This document shows, piece after piece, positions 53,290-63,188 of a stretch of DNA of 64,000 bases. The notes beneath the pieces were generated by a model. The model worked only from the letters and a program-made list of their open reading frames with translations. It was not told where the DNA came from and ran no database searches. The stretch spans positions 1,391 to 65,390 of the forward strand of contig JACRGV010000005.1 in the NCBI GenBank assembly GCA_016212215.1. Reading direction: 5' to 3'. A program made the position numbers and the translations under genes. How positions within the stretch are numbered: the first letter of the stretch is position 1; each line of letters starts with the position of its first letter. The stretch is from Nitrospirota bacterium (lineage in GTDB: Bacteria > Nitrospirota > 9FT-COMBO-42-15 > HDB-SIOI813).

Positions 53290-55819
53290 CAGGTCTTACA
53301 ATCTTTTTTGCCCCTTCATGGTTAGGTTCGATCTCAAGAACCCTGCGATAAAAAGTGGTCGAATCTTCCACATATCCATTGGATTTAAGCAGTGATGCCA
53401 GCCTGAATATAGCCTCTGCATGCTCAGGATTAGATGAGATGGCCTCACGATATTGATCAAAGGCATCCTGTGGAAAACCCAGTGCCTCCAGCATCAGACC
53501 GCAGTTATATCTTGCGCTTGCATCTCTCCTGTCAAGCTCCAGTGTGCTTGTAAAATATTTTAATGCCTCGACATAGTTATTCTGTTTTGCATAGAGGACA
53601 CCGAGATTGAAATGCGTCCTCTTTCTTGATGAATCAATTACAAGGGATTTTTTCAGCAGCTCCTCAGCACGGAAATAATCCCCTGATGCGGTATAATGAC
53701 TGCCGAGGTCACACATAGATTTAGAATCAAACGGGTTTTCCTGTATCCCCTTCTCCCCCAACTCCCTGTAATATTCAAATTTTTTATTATTATCACGATC
53801 ACTCCTGACGTAACCATAATGATGAACAGGTATATCTGTATTTATAATTGATATACCTAAATTACTCATTGATGGTTCAACGACCTCATGCGATTTTCCT
53901 ATGTACCTTAATCCCTCTTTCCTCCTGAAAAGCCTCGTTAACGGTACCTCTCCATATCCGGGGTAATCTTTACCTTCTTCATAATCATAAGAGTTATGAT
54001 GCCATCCTGTGATTCCACCCTTAAATTCATAATTTCTCAGAATCAGACTATATGCATCTATCCCAGGATGCTTAATAATTTCCCGTATCTTCTTTATATC
54101 CTTTTCAGCAATAACCTCATCTGCATCCAATACAAGTATCCATTCACCGCCTGCATTTTCAAGGCATACATTCCTTGCCGCACTAAAGTCACCTTCCCAG
54201 TTATGATTAATTAGATTTGCGCCAAACCCCTTTGCAATCTCAATAGTACGGTCAGTTGAGCCTGTATCCACAATGATTATTTCATCTACATAACCTTTGA
54301 CACTTTCAAGACATCTGGAAAGATATTCTTCTTCATCCTTAACAATCATGCAGAGGGAGAGGCGTGGTTCAGGCGTAGTTAAACCCATCCCCACCCTAAC
54401 CCTCCCCTTGAAGGGGAGGGAATCTTGTGGAGGGGGCGGCAATTCGACACTTCTTGACTTTCCATCCCCTTGCGGGAGGGCTGCAATTATGTTACTTCCA
54501 AATTCCTCCCCCACTTGCGGGGGGAGGCAGGAGGGGGGGGGATTAGCGGGGGTCTGGTTTGCCTTATCCGTATGCTCAAGCTCCTCTGCCTTTCTAACCA
54601 AGGCATCTCCGGTGACATTGTCTCCGAGCTTCATACTTACATGCCCAAGTCTTTTATATGCATCAGGGAAATCCGGTTTGATTGAAAGGGCCTTTTCATA
54701 ACATTCAATAGCCTTCAGAAAATCAGAAACCTTCTCAAGTAATATTCCGTAATTGAATAAAACAATATAGTGGTCAGGATTCGCTTTTATTGCATTTTCA
54801 TAATAACCCTTTGCCTCATCGAATCTACCCTCTTCATTCAATATGCCGGCAAGATTATTACTTGCACCGACATTTCCTGTTTCAAGTCTTAATGCCTCAA
54901 GATAACATGATTTTGCCTCAGCCTTTTTCCCCAAATTCTCATAAGCTACACCAAGGTTAAAATGTGCATGGGCTGATGACGGGTCAAGCTCTACAGCCTT
55001 CTTTAAGACGGTTTCTGCCTCTCTGAATAATCCCATTTCAATATACTGGGTTCCAAGGTCCCTTTGTGCACGTGCATCCTCAGGATTCAACGCAACCTTT
55101 TTCTCACCGGCCTCCACATATATTTGATTTTTCTGGTCCATACGCCCCTTTTCCAGCATCCTTCCATAATGATGAATGGGAATATCCGTAAGAACGATAA
55201 TGCCGCCTCTATCCGTTATAGAGTACTCAACCACTTCATGTACAACGCCCTGAAAAAGAATCCCGTCTCCCCTGCGGAACAGCCTGACAAGGTATGCAGG
55301 TACATAGCCGGATGCACCAAGTGCTTCAGGACAATCTCTCTCAACACTGTACCAGTTTGCAATCCCGCCATTATCCTGATAATTCCTGAGGACAAAGCGG
55401 TAACCAGTAACTTTTTCGCTCGAAAATACCCCCCCAAGCCCCCCCTTGTTAAGGGGGGGATGTTCGTTATCCTTCAAAATTATCCCCCCCTTTATAAGGG
55501 GGGGCTTGGGGGGGTGATTTTCATCAGTAAGTAATGTCTTAATCCTCTCATGGTCTTTCTTTGCAATAACCTCATCTGCATCCAAAACAAGAATCCAATC
55601 TCCGGATGCATGCTTCAGGGATTCATTCCGTGTCTTACTGAAGTCATTTTCCCATTGATGGAAATAAACTTTTGCCTCAAATTCTTTTGCAATACTAACC
55701 GTATTATCAACTGAACCCGTATCAACAATAATTATCTCATCAACAAGACCCTGCACACTTTCAAGACACCTCTTAATATGTCTTTCCTCATTACGTACAA
55801 TCATGCACAACGAAAGCAT
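53270..55819 (-). CDS. Dual-GT2 glycosyltransferase with TPR repeats (849 aa); two repeat copies inserted in-frame in linkers.
   Basis: GT2 #1 MLSLCMIVRNEERHI...IIVDTGSVDNT...LDADE; GT2 #2 LSLCMIVKDEEEYL...IIVDTGSTDRT...LDADE. Linker segments PPKPPLIKGG...PPLNKGGLGG and LPPQVGEEFG...LPQGDGK...TTPEPR are repeat-encoded. Confidence 0.8.
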   Translation of the reverse strand: MLSLCMIVRNEERHIKRCLESVQGLVDEIIIVDTGSVDNTVSIAKEFEAKVYFHQWENDFSKTRNESLKHASGDWILVLDADEVIAKKDHERIKTLLTDENHPPKPPLIKGGIILKDNEHPPLNKGGLGGVFSSEKVTGYRFVLRNYQDNGGIANWYSVERDCPEALGASGYVPAYLVRLFRRGDGILFQGVVHEVVEYSITDRGGIIVLTDIPIHHYGRMLEKGRMDQKNQIYVEAGEKKVALNPEDARAQRDLGTQYIEMGLFREAETVLKKAVELDPSSAHAHFNLGVAYENLGKKAEAKSCYLEALRLETGNVGASNNLAGILNEEGRFDEAKGYYENAIKANPDHYIVLFNYGILLEKVSDFLKAIECYEKALSIKPDFPDAYKRLGHVSMKLGDNVTGDALVRKAEELEHTDKANQTPANPPPSCLPPQVGEEFGSNIIAALPQGDGKSRSVELPPPPQDSLPFKGRVRVGMGLTTPEPRLSLCMIVKDEEEYLSRCLESVKGYVDEIIIVDTGSTDRTIEIAKGFGANLINHNWEGDFSAARNVCLENAGGEWILVLDADEVIAEKDIKKIREIIKHPGIDAYSLILRNYEFKGGITGWHHNSYDYEEGKDYPGYGEVPLTRLFRRKEGLRYIGKSHEVVEPSMSNLGISIINTDIPVHHYGYVRSDRDNNKKFEYYRELGEKGIQENPFDSKSMCDLGSHYTASGDYFRAEELLKKSLVIDSSRKRTHFNLGVLYAKQNNYVEALKYFTSTLELDRRDASARYNCGLMLEALGFPQDAFDQYREAISSNPEHAEAIFRLASLLKSNGYVEDSTTFYRRVLEIEPNHEGAKKIVRPEVRSQK
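54384..54545. repeat. GC-hairpin repeat cluster (4 hairpins) in-frame inside the 849-aa GT.
   Basis: cccatccccaccctaaccctccccttgaaggggagggaat...tccatccccttgcgggagggc...cctcccccacttgcggggggagg. Confidence 0.85.
55428..55518. repeat. GC-hairpin repeat variant (poly-C/G arms) in-frame inside the 849-aa GT.
   Basis: cccccccaagcccccccttgttaaggggggga...tcccccccctttataagggggggcttggggggg. Confidence 0.8.
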
Positions 55820-56268
55820 GTCAGAGTCCTCCTGATTTTTAAATTTATAAAACTGTTCTGCCCTGAGACCCTAAATTGCAATCAATATGCCATAAAGATA
55901 TGTTTTTTTTGACGCTATATAACTAATTGATATTTAAGGATAATACTTTGAAGAGCAGTTTAACTAGCGATATTTATAAAGCGGCCCTTATGTCAATTTA
56001 AACGATAAACTGTCAATACATTGACTGGGCATTTAATAGAGACTCGGGGAAAAATAATCGGCATGGCCGCCTGACCATAAATCTGTTTATTTAATCTTAT
56101 CTTATGCCTATTAAATTATGCAATCCCGTTCTGCAATGATTGGGTAACAATTCTAATTTAATCAATCATAACAAATAGATACATTCACTAATTTATTGAG
56201 GCACACATGTTGCTCTTTATACCTGAATAGATATTAACAATTAACATCTTTTCAGAGGAGGATCAATT

Positions 56269-57054
56269 ATGTCCAAAACAAAAATCAATGTAACAATCAT
56301 AGCTTTATTCATCCATGCAATCTTCTTAATATGCGGACACACTGGAAATGCCGGGACTATTTTCTTTGATGACTTTAATCAAAACAGCTTAGATGAATCA
56401 AAATGGAATATAAAGTTGAAATACGGGTCATACCGATTCTTAAATGGTTCTCTGTTGTTGTATTCCACTAATTATTCATCGAGTGGTGATGGTTTCCCTG
56501 AAATATACACTAAGTATAATCCATTCCCGATAGATTCCGACTGGACACTCACTACAATGATGCACTATATAACCAGCCCACGTAACTTTGGTGACGGCAT
56601 GGCTATCTATGATGACCAGCATTACCGCAAGATAGCTTATGTTTACCAAAGCAATTACATTGGAAGATTTAAAATGTGGGATTCAAGGGAAAATAAAGAA
56701 AAAATAATATGGGACGGCGATACATCAGATGATAGCCACAAATTTTCTGTGAAGAGAAATGGAGATTATTATGAGGGATATGTTGATGGAGTATTAAAAG
56801 GCTCTGTTTACAATGAATCGGATGCCGGAGGGCTTTCTTTTGGTAATTATGATTTAGCACCAGTGTTCGGTAACTGGAACCCTGTGTCAATTAATTATGT
56901 GGATATCGCTGAAAAAGATCCGGAGATTAAGCTGCCCCCTGCACCTGTACCGGAGCCTGGTTCTTTCATAATGACATTGGCAGGGATAACCGCTGTCATC
57001 TCTATTCCGGTATTACGCCTTAGAGCCGGCCACAGCGGGCATGTTGTTCAATAA
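56269..57054 (+). CDS. Secreted PEP-CTERM-anchored protein (lectin/glucanase-like fold), a putative exosortase substrate.
   Basis: N-terminal signal peptide MSKTKINVTIIALFIHAIFLICG. C-terminal PAPVPEPGSFIMTLAGITAVISIPVLRLRAG (VPEP, then a TM helix, then a basic tail). Confidence 0.55.
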   Translation: MSKTKINVTIIALFIHAIFLICGHTGNAGTIFFDDFNQNSLDESKWNIKLKYGSYRFLNGSLLLYSTNYSSSGDGFPEIYTKYNPFPIDSDWTLTTMMHYITSPRNFGDGMAIYDDQHYRKIAYVYQSNYIGRFKMWDSRENKEKIIWDGDTSDDSHKFSVKRNGDYYEGYVDGVLKGSVYNESDAGGLSFGNYDLAPVFGNWNPVSINYVDIAEKDPEIKLPPAPVPEPGSFIMTLAGITAVISIPVLRLRAGHSGHVVQ

Positions 57055-57492
57055 TGGAAAACGAACCTGATATTCTTCTCCTGTAAGGACTATCTGCTTT
57101 GCTGTTCTTGAACTTAGATTAACAACAACAGGCCCCTGTAAGTTTGCCGTCATCTTTTCAGGCTCACCATGCGGTATTGTAACAATAACAATAATACCGC
57201 GTTCAGATAAATCTTTAATGCCGAGTTCCTTTAACTCCTGTTCGTTAATAGAAGGGTTATAAGCAGGCTCAAATAACAAAGGGTCAGTAATAACAAAAGC
57301 AAGTTCAGGACTGTCTATTGCCTGAAGCCATTTGAAGGGTATATCAGGCTTATTCAGATGATTTAATACAATATATCTTTTGATATTCGGGAATCCTAAT
57401 ATGCCATGCGGAAAATGTATTATCTTCTCTTCCTCGATCTCAATCTCACCGAACCTTTTAGTAAATAGTTTCACCTGAAATGCTCCTTTCAA
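57013..57492 (-). CDS. fliW: Flagellar assembly factor FliW.
   Basis: IHFPHGILGFPNIKRYIVLNHLNKPDIPFKWLQAIDSPELAFVITDP is the FliW core. Confidence 0.85.
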   Translation of the reverse strand: MKGAFQVKLFTKRFGEIEIEEEKIIHFPHGILGFPNIKRYIVLNHLNKPDIPFKWLQAIDSPELAFVITDPLLFEPAYNPSINEQELKELGIKDLSERGIIVIVTIPHGEPEKMTANLQGPVVVNLSSRTAKQIVLTGEEYQVRFPLLNNMPAVAGSKA

Positions 57493-57499
57493 TATCTAA

Positions 57500-57591
57500 C
57501 CCCATCCCCACCCTAACCCTCCCCTTGAAGGGGAGGGAATTCTGGGGTAACGACAACCCCATCCCGTCAATTCCATGTAAGGGTGGATTTC
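57500..57591. repeat. GC-hairpin repeat (two hairpins).
   Basis: cccatccccaccctaaccctccccttgaaggggagggaat...ccccatcccgtcaattccatgtaagggtgg. Confidence 0.8.
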
Positions 57592-57602
57592 TTGTGATAT
57601 CC

Positions 57603-57654
57603 TTGCTTCTTACATCTAACTTCTTACTTCTGCTAACTGCTTACTCTTTCTTAT
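57603..57654. repeat. Heptanucleotide tandem array (overlaps the csrA stop).
   Basis: cttgcttcttacatctaacttcttacttctgctaactgcttac. Confidence 0.7.
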
Positions 57655-57877
57655 CAGTCCATAACTTAAACAGCTTTTGTAAATAATCAGGCGTTACGGA
57701 TGCTGCCTTTATGTTCTCTGCCTTAATCCTTTCAAAAACTTCATCCCTGTGAACCTGTATTTCCTGCGGTGCCTCTATACCTATCCTGACCTGATTTCCT
57801 TTTACTTCAAGTATTACAACCTTAATATCCTCTCCAATCCTTAATCCCTCTCCGGACCTCCTTGTCAATATAAGCAT
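57641..57877 (-). CDS. csrA: Carbon storage regulator CsrA.
   Basis: [47 protein letters not shown] is near-canonical CsrA. Confidence 0.9.
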   Translation of the reverse strand: MLILTRRSGEGLRIGEDIKVVILEVKGNQVRIGIEAPQEIQVHRDEVFERIKAENIKAASVTPDYLQKLFKLWTDKKE

Positions 57878-57923
57878 TTTATGCCCTCCCTGGCATTGTA
57901 AGACTTAGTAACTTCTTTATTAC

Positions 57924-58814
57924 TTATTTAAGAAAATCCATAATAGACTGCTGAAGTACCCTTGAAACAGATGCCCTTGAAATCTCCACACTATTCTGTT
58001 GCATAGTTAGTTTTGTTATTACCTCAGTCAGGTCGGCATCCTCTGTCTGACTCTTAAAATCCGTAAGGTCAAGCTTTAATTTGCTCAGATAACTCTTTGC
58101 AGTATCTAACCTGTTTGTCTTTGCCCCGACCTCTGCACGAGCATTATTCAACTGCTCAAGCGAAGAATCAAGTGTTGTCATGGCAGTGCCTATTCCATCA
58201 GTGTTGTTATTTTCAAGGGCAGTCTGAAGACTATTGAGAGCACTAAGTATATTTGTGCCATACGCTGAAGAACCGAATACCATGTAACCGGGCATATTTA
58301 TTTCTACTGTAGAACCTGAGTCCACCTCAACTTCCATGTAGCCGCCGGGATAAGTCCCGTTATAAGTACCATCTGAGCTGTAAGGTGCAGTGCTGTTATT
58401 ATAACCTGCAAAGATGTATTTGCCGTTCACCTTTGTATTTGCCGTTGACAATACCTGATTGTATATCTGCTCAACCTCTTTTGCAATTATTGCCCTGTCA
58501 GAACTGTCGTTCGATGCATCCGATGCCTGTACAGTAAGTTCCTTTGCCCTTTGAACAACCTCCTGAACACTTGATATTGCAGATTCTGTTGCAGTTAAAT
58601 TAGAATTTCCATTACCGACATTCCTCTCATGCTGTTCAACCTTCGATATCGCAGTATCATAATCCATGACCTTAATTACACCGGAAGGGTCATCAGAAGG
58701 CCGGTTAATCCTTTTACCGGACGAGGCGCTTTCCTGTAACTGTAAAAGTCTCTCTAATCCGGCCTGAAGATTATTGGTAATTGTATTATATAATGACTTA
58801 TCCGATACCCGCAT
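57924..58814 (-). CDS. flgL: Flagellar hook-associated protein 3 (FlgL).
   Basis: MRVSDKSLYNTITNNLQAGLERLLQLQESASSGKRINRPSDDP; flagellin-like N- and C-terminal helices. Confidence 0.85.
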   Translation of the reverse strand: MRVSDKSLYNTITNNLQAGLERLLQLQESASSGKRINRPSDDPSGVIKVMDYDTAISKVEQHERNVGNGNSNLTATESAISSVQEVVQRAKELTVQASDASNDSSDRAIIAKEVEQIYNQVLSTANTKVNGKYIFAGYNNSTAPYSSDGTYNGTYPGGYMEVEVDSGSTVEINMPGYMVFGSSAYGTNILSALNSLQTALENNNTDGIGTAMTTLDSSLEQLNNARAEVGAKTNRLDTAKSYLSKLKLDLTDFKSQTEDADLTEVITKLTMQQNSVEISRASVSRVLQQSIMDFLK

Positions 58815-58817
58815 CTT

Positions 58818-60482
58818 TTATTTCAACATCCCCAATAAGGTTTGAAGCATATCATCACCGACTGTTATAAGACGTGCAGATGCCTCATAAGCACGCTGAT
58901 ATTTCATCAGATTTGTCATCTCCTCATCCAAAGAAACCCCGGATACGGACTCCCTCATGTTTTCCATCTGCTTTAATGAGAAATCCTGTGCAGTATAAGA
59001 ACTGTTTACATACTGTGAGTCAGCCCCTATTGCCCCGACAATTGAGCTATAGTAGCCGTTAAATGTTGACGTGCCGTCTACAGATAGTTCATCCTGAAGC
59101 TGTGATATGGCAACAGCATTCCTGTTATCACCCCTGTTGTCGGCATTAACAGTTGCGGCCGCAATCTTGTCAGTCTCAGACGATGATAAGGCAACCGTCA
59201 GATTTTTTCCGGCATCTTTATGTGCACTGATTGTGTATATATCTCCATCAGCATGAGCACCTGTAATATTAAAAGAAAGTCCTTGAAAAGTTACAACAGC
59301 AGGGTCAGCATAAACATTGGACTGCAACTCATTGGTGGATTTATTTGTAATTATATAACTCCCGCTTGAAAACGTGAGTTCATAATCCTGATAAGTCAGA
59401 ATAGACGGGTCATCTATGGTTACATCCACTCCGGTCTTATTCGTATTTGTGCTTTGTGGGCTCACAGAGACTGCATCCCCTGCCTCAAACGCAGGTGTAA
59501 ACAGATTCTCTCCTGTAGAACCATCAAGTCCGAATCCCCCCCTGTGCAACTGGTTAATCTCATTGGCCACAGCCGCGGCAAATCGGTCTACCTTATCAAT
59601 AATAGCTGTTGTTGTATTATCCCTGACAGTCACCAGACCTTTGAGTTTACCGTTTGAGATATTGTTTGTTATATCAACACTGTTATTGCCGGAGGGATCA
59701 AATACTATATTGTAGTATCCTTTATTATCAGCATTACTTTCTACACCTAAATTCCATGACTTGCCCTTCTCTACCAGTAAGGCAGAGCCTGCGCCTATAA
59801 TTGAAACCTGACCGGAAGCATCCTCATAAAATGAAATATCTACTTTATCTGAAAGTTCATTTAAGAGATTCCCTCTCTTGTCCCTGATATCGTTTGCATT
59901 TTGTCCGCCATTCTCCGCCTGACTGATTTTAACATTCAGGTCTGCTATCTGTGATGTAATGCTGTTTATATTCGTTACGGTCTGATTTATCTGGGTATTC
60001 ATGTCTTTTTGAAGTTGTAGAAGATTTGTAGAAGTGCTGTTGATGGTATCGGCAAATGCCCCTGCCTTAGACAAAATAGATATCCGCTCAGGTGTACCTG
60101 ATGGATTAGCAGAAAGGTCATGAAATGCCTTAAAGAAGTCCTGCAAAAGTCTGTTAATACCTGAACCCTGTGAGTCATAAAACATAGTCTCGAGCTTTGA
60201 AAGGGCTGATTTCTTTATGTCAAGATTACCGAAACTCTCCCTGCTGTCTACTAACTGACTTTCAATAAAGCTATCGTATTTTCTCCTTATTGTAGCGGCA
60301 TTTACCCCCTTACCAATCTGACCGGGATTTCCATTAACCGGATCTGCCTCATCAAATACAACCTCCTGACGTGAATATCCCTGAGTATTAATGTTCGATA
60401 TATTATGTGACGTTACCTGGATTGCGGTCTGCTGTGCCCTGATCCCGTGCTTTCCAATATCAAATATGTCATATATACCCAT
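58818..60482 (-). CDS. flgK: Flagellar hook-associated protein 1 (FlgK).
   Basis: MGIYDIFDIGKHGIRAQQTAIQVTSHNISNINTQGYSRQ. The start is set at the internal ATG; the track ORF's extra 28 codons overlap flgN. Confidence 0.85.
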   Translation of the reverse strand: MGIYDIFDIGKHGIRAQQTAIQVTSHNISNINTQGYSRQEVVFDEADPVNGNPGQIGKGVNAATIRRKYDSFIESQLVDSRESFGNLDIKKSALSKLETMFYDSQGSGINRLLQDFFKAFHDLSANPSGTPERISILSKAGAFADTINSTSTNLLQLQKDMNTQINQTVTNINSITSQIADLNVKISQAENGGQNANDIRDKRGNLLNELSDKVDISFYEDASGQVSIIGAGSALLVEKGKSWNLGVESNADNKGYYNIVFDPSGNNSVDITNNISNGKLKGLVTVRDNTTTAIIDKVDRFAAAVANEINQLHRGGFGLDGSTGENLFTPAFEAGDAVSVSPQSTNTNKTGVDVTIDDPSILTYQDYELTFSSGSYIITNKSTNELQSNVYADPAVVTFQGLSFNITGAHADGDIYTISAHKDAGKNLTVALSSSETDKIAAATVNADNRGDNRNAVAISQLQDELSVDGTSTFNGYYSSIVGAIGADSQYVNSSYTAQDFSLKQMENMRESVSGVSLDEEMTNLMKYQRAYEASARLITVGDDMLQTLLGMLK

Positions 60483-60486
60483 ATCT

Positions 60487-60981
60487 CTATGCCTTTTTAC
60501 AGACCAATTTGCCTGTCTGATAACCCTGTTCAATCTGACCTGTAGGGCGATATACCGGCAGTTCATGGATAAGACGGTTCAGGAATGTTAGAGAAGTTCT
60601 TGTATAGTTCACCGCCCTCTCTGCAAGGATTCCGTTAATCTGATTTATCTCTCTTATGCTGTTTACAAGAGACAAAAGGTTTGAGCGGCATGATTCAAGG
60701 GCCTTCTTATAACGCATTGGGGCGATATTAATTATCATTAATAATGTAAGCGGCCCGGAATGGTATTCATCCTGAATCATCCCTGTTACGTCAACCCGGG
60801 ATTCTTCCAATATCTTTAGGTTTAATATTATGGTCTCCTTATGATTAGCACACTCATGCAGCTTATCTAATGACAGGTCTACCATATACTGCCTCTCAAC
60901 CTGAAGAATACTCAAAAATTCATGGTAAACATCAACCTCTTTTTCAAGTATCTCCAGGAGATTTTCAAAATTCTTATCCAC
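60487..60981 (-). CDS. flgN: FlgN-family flagellar export chaperone.
   Basis: MDKNFENLLEILEKEVDVYHEFLSILQVERQYMV... FlgN-like helical protein lying between flgM and flgK. Confidence 0.6.
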   Translation of the reverse strand: MDKNFENLLEILEKEVDVYHEFLSILQVERQYMVDLSLDKLHECANHKETIILNLKILEESRVDVTGMIQDEYHSGPLTLLMIINIAPMRYKKALESCRSNLLSLVNSIREINQINGILAERAVNYTRTSLTFLNRLIHELPVYRPTGQIEQGYQTGKLVCKKA

Positions 60982-61002
60982 TACAACCCTCTATGTTATT
61001 AA

Positions 61003-61338
61003 CTATTTAATCAGCCTGTCTGCAATGGTTTCTTTTACTAAACCTGATGCAACCGATTCTGCATCAACCCTGTAAGTCCCGTTCTTCACCTGATCCGACA
61101 CCTCTTTAACCTTCTCCTCCCTGATGTCCGGCATTCCCTTAACAGCAGTCTTAATATTGTTAAACTCTTTTGCCCTGTCGGACACTTCAATCCTGTCATC
61201 TGAATACCCCGGCTTATTAACATCATCTGCATCTCCGTCATTTTTACCCTTAACCAGCGAAGTCGTACGAACTACATTTACACCTGTTGCTGCCTGATTC
61301 TCAGGATTTTTTGGGATGTTCTGTCCAATAATTTTCAT
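61003..61338 (-). CDS. flgM: Anti-sigma-28 factor FlgM.
   Basis: C-terminal ...VSDQVKNGTYRVDAESVASGLV is the FlgM sigma-binding region. Confidence 0.75.
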   Translation of the reverse strand: MKIIGQNIPKNPENQAATGVNVVRTTSLVKGKNDGDADDVNKPGYSDDRIEVSDRAKEFNNIKTAVKGMPDIREEKVKEVSDQVKNGTYRVDAESVASGLVKETIADRLIK

Positions 61339-61369
61339 ATAATCCTCCGGATATAGTTAGTTAAATTGC

Positions 61370-61405
61370 CTTTATATCGGCATAAGTACCGGAGATTATT
61401 AAAAC
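61370..61405 (-). promoter_or_regulatory. Candidate sigma-28 promoter upstream of flgM (-10 GCCGATAT perfect; -35 weak).
   Basis: mRNA-sense ...TTTTAATAATCTCCGGTACTTATGCCGATATAAAGG. Confidence 0.4.
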
Positions 61406-61686
61406 TATTTTACTCCTTTATCTTTTACTTCCATTTGCCTGATTAAAAGGTCCGAAAGCCCAAGACCGCCTCTAGCTGCAATACCTTCTGCGATGTTTTC
61501 ATCTATAATAGAATTATAGATATTTTCACTCATCCCTGAATTCAGTAATCCGCTTTTCGGAACAGACTCCCTCATTACCTTCAAAAGGTAAAATGCAAAG
61601 AACGATTCAAACTCTTTAGCCGCCTTCGCAACATCTGTCTTAGATGTTGGAATATTCGTCCCCTGCATTAATTGATCTATTTTCAT
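61405..61686 (-). CDS. Rod-binding protein (FlgJ N-terminal domain only; no muramidase domain).
   Basis: AAKEFESFFAFYLLKVMRESV is the Rod_binding signature. The track ORF's first 19 codons are repeat-derived, so the internal ATG was used. Confidence 0.7.
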   Translation of the reverse strand: MKIDQLMQGTNIPTSKTDVAKAAKEFESFFAFYLLKVMRESVPKSGLLNSGMSENIYNSIIDENIAEGIAARGGLGLSDLLIRQMEVKDKGVK

Positions 61687-61696
61687 GTGAAAATAA

Positions 61697-61817
61697 CCCC
61701 ATCCCCACCCTAACCCTCCCCTTGAAGGGGAGGGAATAAACATAGCACCCTCTCCCCTCTTGCTTGCTCGTCTAATCTCCCCTCCCCTTGCGGGAGGGGA
61801 TTAAGGGGAGGGGGGGC
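61697..61817. repeat. GC-hairpin repeat cluster (3 hairpins).
   Basis: ccccatccccaccctaaccctccccttgaaggggagggaat...ccctctcccctcttg...tcccctccccttgcgggaggggattaaggggaggggggg. Confidence 0.85.
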
Positions 61818-61884
61818 TTCTTACTTCTTGCTTCTAACTTCTTGCTTCTTTTATCTGCTAACTGCTTACTGCTTACTGCTCACT
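61817..61884. repeat. Heptanucleotide tandem array.
   Basis: cttcttacttcttgcttctaacttcttgcttctt...ctgctaactgcttactgcttactgctcac. Confidence 0.75.
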
Positions 61885-62977
61885 ATATTATTTCAAGGTC
61901 CGCCTGCAACGCCCCTGCCTCTTTAATCGCCTGCAGTATTGCTATCAAATCGCGCGGCGTAACACCGACAGAGTTGAGTGCCCTTACAACCTCATCAACT
62001 GTCACACCTGACTGCAGTACCATCAGCCTTGCCTGCGGCTCATCAACTGAGACATCAGGCTGAGGCACAACCACTGTCTCGCCCTTTGAAAATGGCCCGG
62101 GCTGAGAGACCTTCATCTGTGTCTTTATTTGAATAGTAAGATTCCCATGAGATATGGCTACAGTTGATATTCTTACATTCTCTCCCATAACCACAGTGCC
62201 GGTACGTTCATTTAAAACGATTCTTGCAGGCGCATCAACTTTAATGTCAAGATTTTCTACAGATGCTATAAGCTCTACAACCCTATTCTTATATTCCTCA
62301 GGTATAGATAGAACAACAGTGCTTGAGTCTTTTGGATAGGCCAGTTTCTTCTGAGTAAAACGGTTAATTGAATCAGAAAGCCTGACTGCTGTACTGAAAT
62401 CCTGTTGTCTCAGAGAGATCATAACTTCATCTTTGGCATTCATATCCATCTCTACTTCCCGCTCTATTATTGCACCATTTGCAATCCTGCCTACAGTTGA
62501 ATGATTCTTCTGAACACTATTACCCTCAGAGCCTCCGGTATACCCTCCAAGGGACATTGGCCCCTGTGCAACTGCATACACAACCTGATTTGCACCTTTC
62601 AGAGGGGTCATCAAAAGTGTCCCTCCCTGAAGACTTGTGGAGTCCCCGATTGACGAAACTATCACATCAAGTTTATTCCCTTTTTTTGCAAATGGCGGAA
62701 GCTTCGCAGTAACCACAACAGCCGCAATATTCTTAACACTTATAACCGAAGGGTCTACAGTAATACCCATTTTTGTAAGCATTGTTGCTGTACTTCTAAT
62801 AGTAAAATCAGTCCCCTTCTTATCACCGGTACCATTAAGCCCAATCACGAGGCCATAACCGACAAGCTGATTATCCCTCACCCCACCAACAGTAGCCACA
62901 TCCTTCACACGAACAGCATGGGCAACGCCGGCAAAGAGGAGAAATATTAATAATGTTAATGATAGAATCTTTTTCAT
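61883..62977 (-). CDS. flgI: Flagellar P-ring protein FlgI.
   Basis: Signal peptide, then VRVKDVATVGGVRDNQLVGYGLVIGLNGTGDK, the canonical FlgI start. Confidence 0.95.
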   Translation of the reverse strand: MKKILSLTLLIFLLFAGVAHAVRVKDVATVGGVRDNQLVGYGLVIGLNGTGDKKGTDFTIRSTATMLTKMGITVDPSVISVKNIAAVVVTAKLPPFAKKGNKLDVIVSSIGDSTSLQGGTLLMTPLKGANQVVYAVAQGPMSLGGYTGGSEGNSVQKNHSTVGRIANGAIIEREVEMDMNAKDEVMISLRQQDFSTAVRLSDSINRFTQKKLAYPKDSSTVVLSIPEEYKNRVVELIASVENLDIKVDAPARIVLNERTGTVVMGENVRISTVAISHGNLTIQIKTQMKVSQPGPFSKGETVVVPQPDVSVDEPQARLMVLQSGVTVDEVVRALNSVGVTPRDLIAILQAIKEAGALQADLEII

Positions 62978-62993
62978 GATTTCACCTGTAAAA

Positions 62994-63033
62994 CCCCACC
63001 CTCACCCTACCCCTCTCCCTGAGGGAGAGGGAA
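62994..63033. repeat. GC-hairpin repeat copy.
   Basis: ccccaccctcaccctacccctctccctgagggagagggaat. Confidence 0.8.
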
Positions 63034-63040
63034 TCTTAGT

Positions 63041-63090
63041 GTCTAACTTCTTGCTTCTTGTTTCTTGCTTATAATTTCTTCCTTCTAACC
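63041..63090. repeat. Heptanucleotide tandem array.
   Basis: ctaacttcttgcttcttgtttcttgcttataatttcttccttctaacc. Confidence 0.65.
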
Positions 63091-63110
63091 TATGCTAACA
63101 ACCGCCTATG

Positions 63111-63152
63111 CTCACCCTCCCCCTGCCCCCCTCCCGTCAAGGGAGGGGGAAT
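63111..63152. repeat. GC-hairpin repeat copy.
   Basis: ctcaccctccccctgcccccctcccgtcaagggagggggaat. Confidence 0.8.
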
Positions 63153-63188
63153 TCTTGCTTCTGCTAACTATTCACTATTCACTGCCTT

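Noticed and set aside
53168-53395. 75-aa plus-strand ORF MGHSFFLHLTSNFLPLTSYFLHLTSYFLLL...
   Set aside because: A translation of the heptanucleotide tandem array; the periodic peptide is an artefact.
54297-54701. Plus-strand ORFs at 54297-54701 and 55064-55534 (Gly/Pro-rich translations).
   Set aside because: Antisense to the 849-aa GT and largely read from GC-hairpin repeats.
58818-60566. Long 582-aa form of flgK starting MNCRYIALQ...
   Set aside because: The conserved FlgK N-terminus starts at the internal MGIYDIFDIG, and the extension overlaps flgN.
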